The translations under genes were made by a program, and so were the position numbers. The notes under the pieces were generated by a model. The model made no database searches and had not been told where the DNA came from. It saw nothing but the letters and a program-made list of their open reading frames with translations. DNA of 64,000 nucleotides from an uncultured Nitrososphaerota archaeon (lineage in GTDB: Archaea > Thermoproteota > Nitrososphaeria > Nitrososphaerales > Gagatemarchaeaceae): positions 960,001 to 1,024,000 of the forward strand of contig CAVRAG010000008.1 of assembly GCA_963718895.1 (NCBI GenBank), written 5' to 3'. Numbering within the stretch: position 1 is the stretch's first letter; each line of letters starts with the position of its first letter. Below, piece by piece: positions 61,820-64,000 of the stretch.

Positions 61820-62042
61820 ACCCGCGCGACTGCTCAGCTCCGGCGAGGAGGGCTCCTCGGACGTCGCCATTGGGACCCCAGCGGAGGTCTTGAGATGGCG
61901 CGTGCGACGCGTTCCAGGAACGAGGGGCCGTCCCTCCGGGCTCCCCGATGCCCTGGACGAAGGGCCATCGAGATGAACTCAGAGTAAAAGGCCACAAATT
62001 GCCTTAAATCTGTAATAGAGGCTGGAGGTGCGCTTTAATAAG

Positions 62043-62175
62043 TGCGGTCGCCGGGATTTGAACCCGGGCGTCTGGTCCCGTTTACGGGATTACCAGCTTG
62101 GCAAGCCTACACGCACTCTTCGCGCTTGATGTCCTGACCAGGCTGTCCTCCATTCGAGATCTAGACGACGACCGC
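62043..62175 (-). tRNA. tRNA-Gly(GCC) with three introns: 15/16 (62143-62160), 29/30 (62107-62126), 45/46 (62070-62090)
   Basis: Cloverleaf after removal; BHB helices gtct/ggac, acat/gtgt, ctgg/ccag, each with 3-nt bulges. Confidence 0.92.
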
Positions 62176-62222
62176 GCAGTCGTGAACACTCAAAAGTAGC
62201 GGATAAAAATGTGACGTACCGC

Positions 62223-62552
62223 CTAGACGACCTTTGTCCCGAGTGGCATCTCCTTGTCTGGGGTGACCAGGGAGAGGTCGGTCTCGGCGAACGCGGAGAG
62301 CATCATGCACTCGGAGATCACCCCGACGACCGACTTTGGCTCGAGGTTGACCACCGCGACGACGGTCTTGCCGAGCAGCTGCTCCTTGGTGTAGTAGGCC
62401 TTTATCCCGCCGGCGCACGTCTTGGTCCCGAGGGGTCCGAAGTCTATCTTGAACTTGTACAGCGGCTTCCTCGCCTGCGGAATGTCATCCACCTCGACGA
62501 TCCTCCCGACCCTTATGTCGAGCTGAGCGAAGACATCTATCGATACCGACAC
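62223..62552 (-). CDS. csaA: CsaA/Trbp111-like tRNA-binding protein
   Basis: LDIRVGRI, IDFGPLG, VVNLEPK..GVISE. Confidence 0.9.
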   Translation of the reverse strand: MSVSIDVFAQLDIRVGRIVEVDDIPQARKPLYKFKIDFGPLGTKTCAGGIKAYYTKEQLLGKTVVAVVNLEPKSVVGVISECMMLSAFAETDLSLVTPDKEMPLGTKVV

Positions 62553-62689
62553 GGACGAACCTCCGCCGAATATTCAGATAAGCTTTGGCGGGGTCTGACC
62601 TAGCTCGGGTCGGATGCGACGGATGGTCACCTTCTTCAGAACCGGAACCTTCTTTTCCTGGGAGGGACTACTGTGTCGAGGTGTCCTGA

Positions 62690-62947
62690 GTGAGCGATTT
62701 CTTCTTCGAACGCATGCGCAGAGAGCTGTTCATCCTCTTCGTGGAGGCCAGGAACGAGAAGGCCCAGCACGAGCTAGACGAGGAGGTCGAGAGGATCACA
62801 GGAAAGGAGTGCGACGACGCAGCCCGTGCGCTCTCGAAGGAGGAGTTCAAGAAGGTGGCTCAGGAGGCGATGGAGAATATCAGGAAGAGAAAGAAGAAGG
62901 TGGCGGACGGACCCTCGAGCCACGACGAGCTATTGGCCTACAGATGA
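62690..62947 (+). CDS. Hypothetical protein
   Basis: 85-aa charged helical ORF. Confidence 0.55.
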   Translation: MSDFFFERMRRELFILFVEARNEKAQHELDEEVERITGKECDDAARALSKEEFKKVAQEAMENIRKRKKKVADGPSSHDELLAYR

Positions 62948-63004
62948 GCCTTCCCAAAAAGGAAAAGTAGGAGTTCCTCCGGGAATAAATGGGGTAACCT
63001 CGCA

Positions 63005-63292
63005 ATGAGCGAAGAACAGTTTACTGAATGGGTAAACAGAAGGTCGCGCCTCCCCCTGGCAGTTCGGGGACACTCTCTGGTAATGAGGGGCGACAACCTC
63101 ATCCTCATCGACCGTGGTCAGTTCGTCTATGAAGAGGCGCTGCAACTGGTCAGGATGCTCAACTCTCGGAACCCCTTCAACCAAATCAGCGCAAACGTGA
63201 CGATCTGGGAGCGGAACGGGATGCTGCGCCTGTTGGCACTGGCCCTGGTCGCGCTGATACTCATCGTCGTGGTCCTGTTCGCCGTGCGCTAA
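63005..63292 (+). CDS. Hypothetical protein with C-terminal TM
   Basis: 95-aa ORF with a hydrophobic tail. Confidence 0.65.
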   Translation: MSEEQFTEWVNRRSRLPLAVRGHSLVMRGDNLILIDRGQFVYEEALQLVRMLNSRNPFNQISANVTIWERNGMLRLLALALVALILIVVVLFAVR

Positions 63293-63304
63293 GAGGCCGA
63301 AGCT

Positions 63305-64000
63305 TCAAGGTTTGATCGTCACATAGTAAAGCTCGGTCACGCCCTGGGCCAAGACCCTGAGCACACCGAAGTTGACGTTCCCAGAGCTGTCGACCCAGGT
63401 GTAGACCGTGTTCGCGACGCTCCCGGGTCCGTAGTTCTGAAGCAGGTTGGTGACCTTGGCGATGGTCGTGTTCGCTCCTACTGCGGCGTACGAGACCGTC
63501 GCCACATTGTTCCAGATGGTCGGGTTTAGCGAGGTGACGTTCGCCAGCATGTACCCCTGGGCCGCGACGAGACTGTCAATCTGGCGTTCGGTCGTTCCTC
63601 TATTCTGCGTGACGGTTATGGACTGGTTGCTGGAGCCCAGAGCCAAGAACGCCGATGTGGCATCGGAGCCGACCCCGACTATCCCCGAGTTCGGGTTTAC
63701 AGCGGTCATGAACGGCAGCTGGGTTACCACCCCCGATGTTCCCGGGTTCGTATAGACAGCGACAAAATACGTCAGCTGCCCCCCCACCGAGTAGAGGAGA
63801 TAGGAACCAATTCTGTAGTTGGGGAGGAGTGTGAGCTGTGTCCTAACGGCCTGGTTTGTCGTGAGGGCGTTCTCTGCCGCGGAGGGGCCGATTACCGGCG
63901 TGGAGGATGATGGATTCTGGTAGAGGTCGATGGTGCCGAGCTTATCTCCGCCATACGCAATGTACAGCCCTGCGAGGTTCTTGCTCACGGCACCTTGATA
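63305..64000 (-). CDS. C-terminal part of a probable UPF0182-like membrane protein (runs off window)
   Basis: KNLAGLYIA...VIGP...IGSYLLY...YFVAVY resembles the UPF0182 C-terminus. Confidence 0.6.
   Translation of the reverse strand, partial: YQGAVSKNLAGLYIAYGGDKLGTIDLYQNPSSSTPVIGPSAAENALTTNQAVRTQLTLLPNYRIGSYLLYSVGGQLTYFVAVYTNPGTSGVVTQLPFMTAVNPNSGIVGVGSDATSAFLALGSSNQSITVTQNRGTTERQIDSLVAAQGYMLANVTSLNPTIWNNVATVSYAAVGANTTIAKVTNLLQNYGPGSVANTVYTWVDSSGNVNFGVLRVLAQGVTELYYVTIKP

Overview
GC-rich archaeal chromosomal window. BHB-intron tRNAs, a TFB fragment, Rieske/cytochrome b without cytochrome c1 and archaeal Lrp/RHH regulators point to a non-ammonia-oxidising Nitrososphaerota-like organism (inference). 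Core or metabolic genes include sdhACDB, a radical SAM protein, a CoA transferase and enoyl-CoA hydratase, Hsp20, HtpX, class II HMG-CoA reductase, aguBA, CsaA and several ABC systems. Main observations: (1) All four tRNA genes (Ile-GAT, Ala-TGC, Val-GAC, Gly-GCC) carry only non-canonical introns, eight in total, including an intron nested inside another intron in tRNA-Val. (2) A tandem array of islands sits at the 3' end of tRNA-Ile, marked by up to four same-orientation tRNA 3'-end remnants (8811, 11550, 15661, 20180). Two remnants carry a conserved, structured 61-62 nt insertion exactly at T-loop position 59/60. (3) The tRNA-proximal ~7.5 kb element encodes a tyrosine integrase, a wHTH repressor, a toxin-antitoxin pair and a membrane-anchored HerA/VirD4-like ATPase apparently fused to a PD-(D/E)XK-like domain. 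It is followed by a ~230-nt multi-hairpin rich in GAA-triloop ssDNA mini-hairpins, and may be a minimal self-transferring element. (4) A surface redox cassette combines a Tat flavoprotein, a CXCH-motif protein and an Ig-repeat protein, the latter two sharing a 'TPDWAYG-TM-KRP' C-terminal anchor. Many frameshifts between ~20 and 40 kb are probably sequencing errors, so gene models there are reconstructions.
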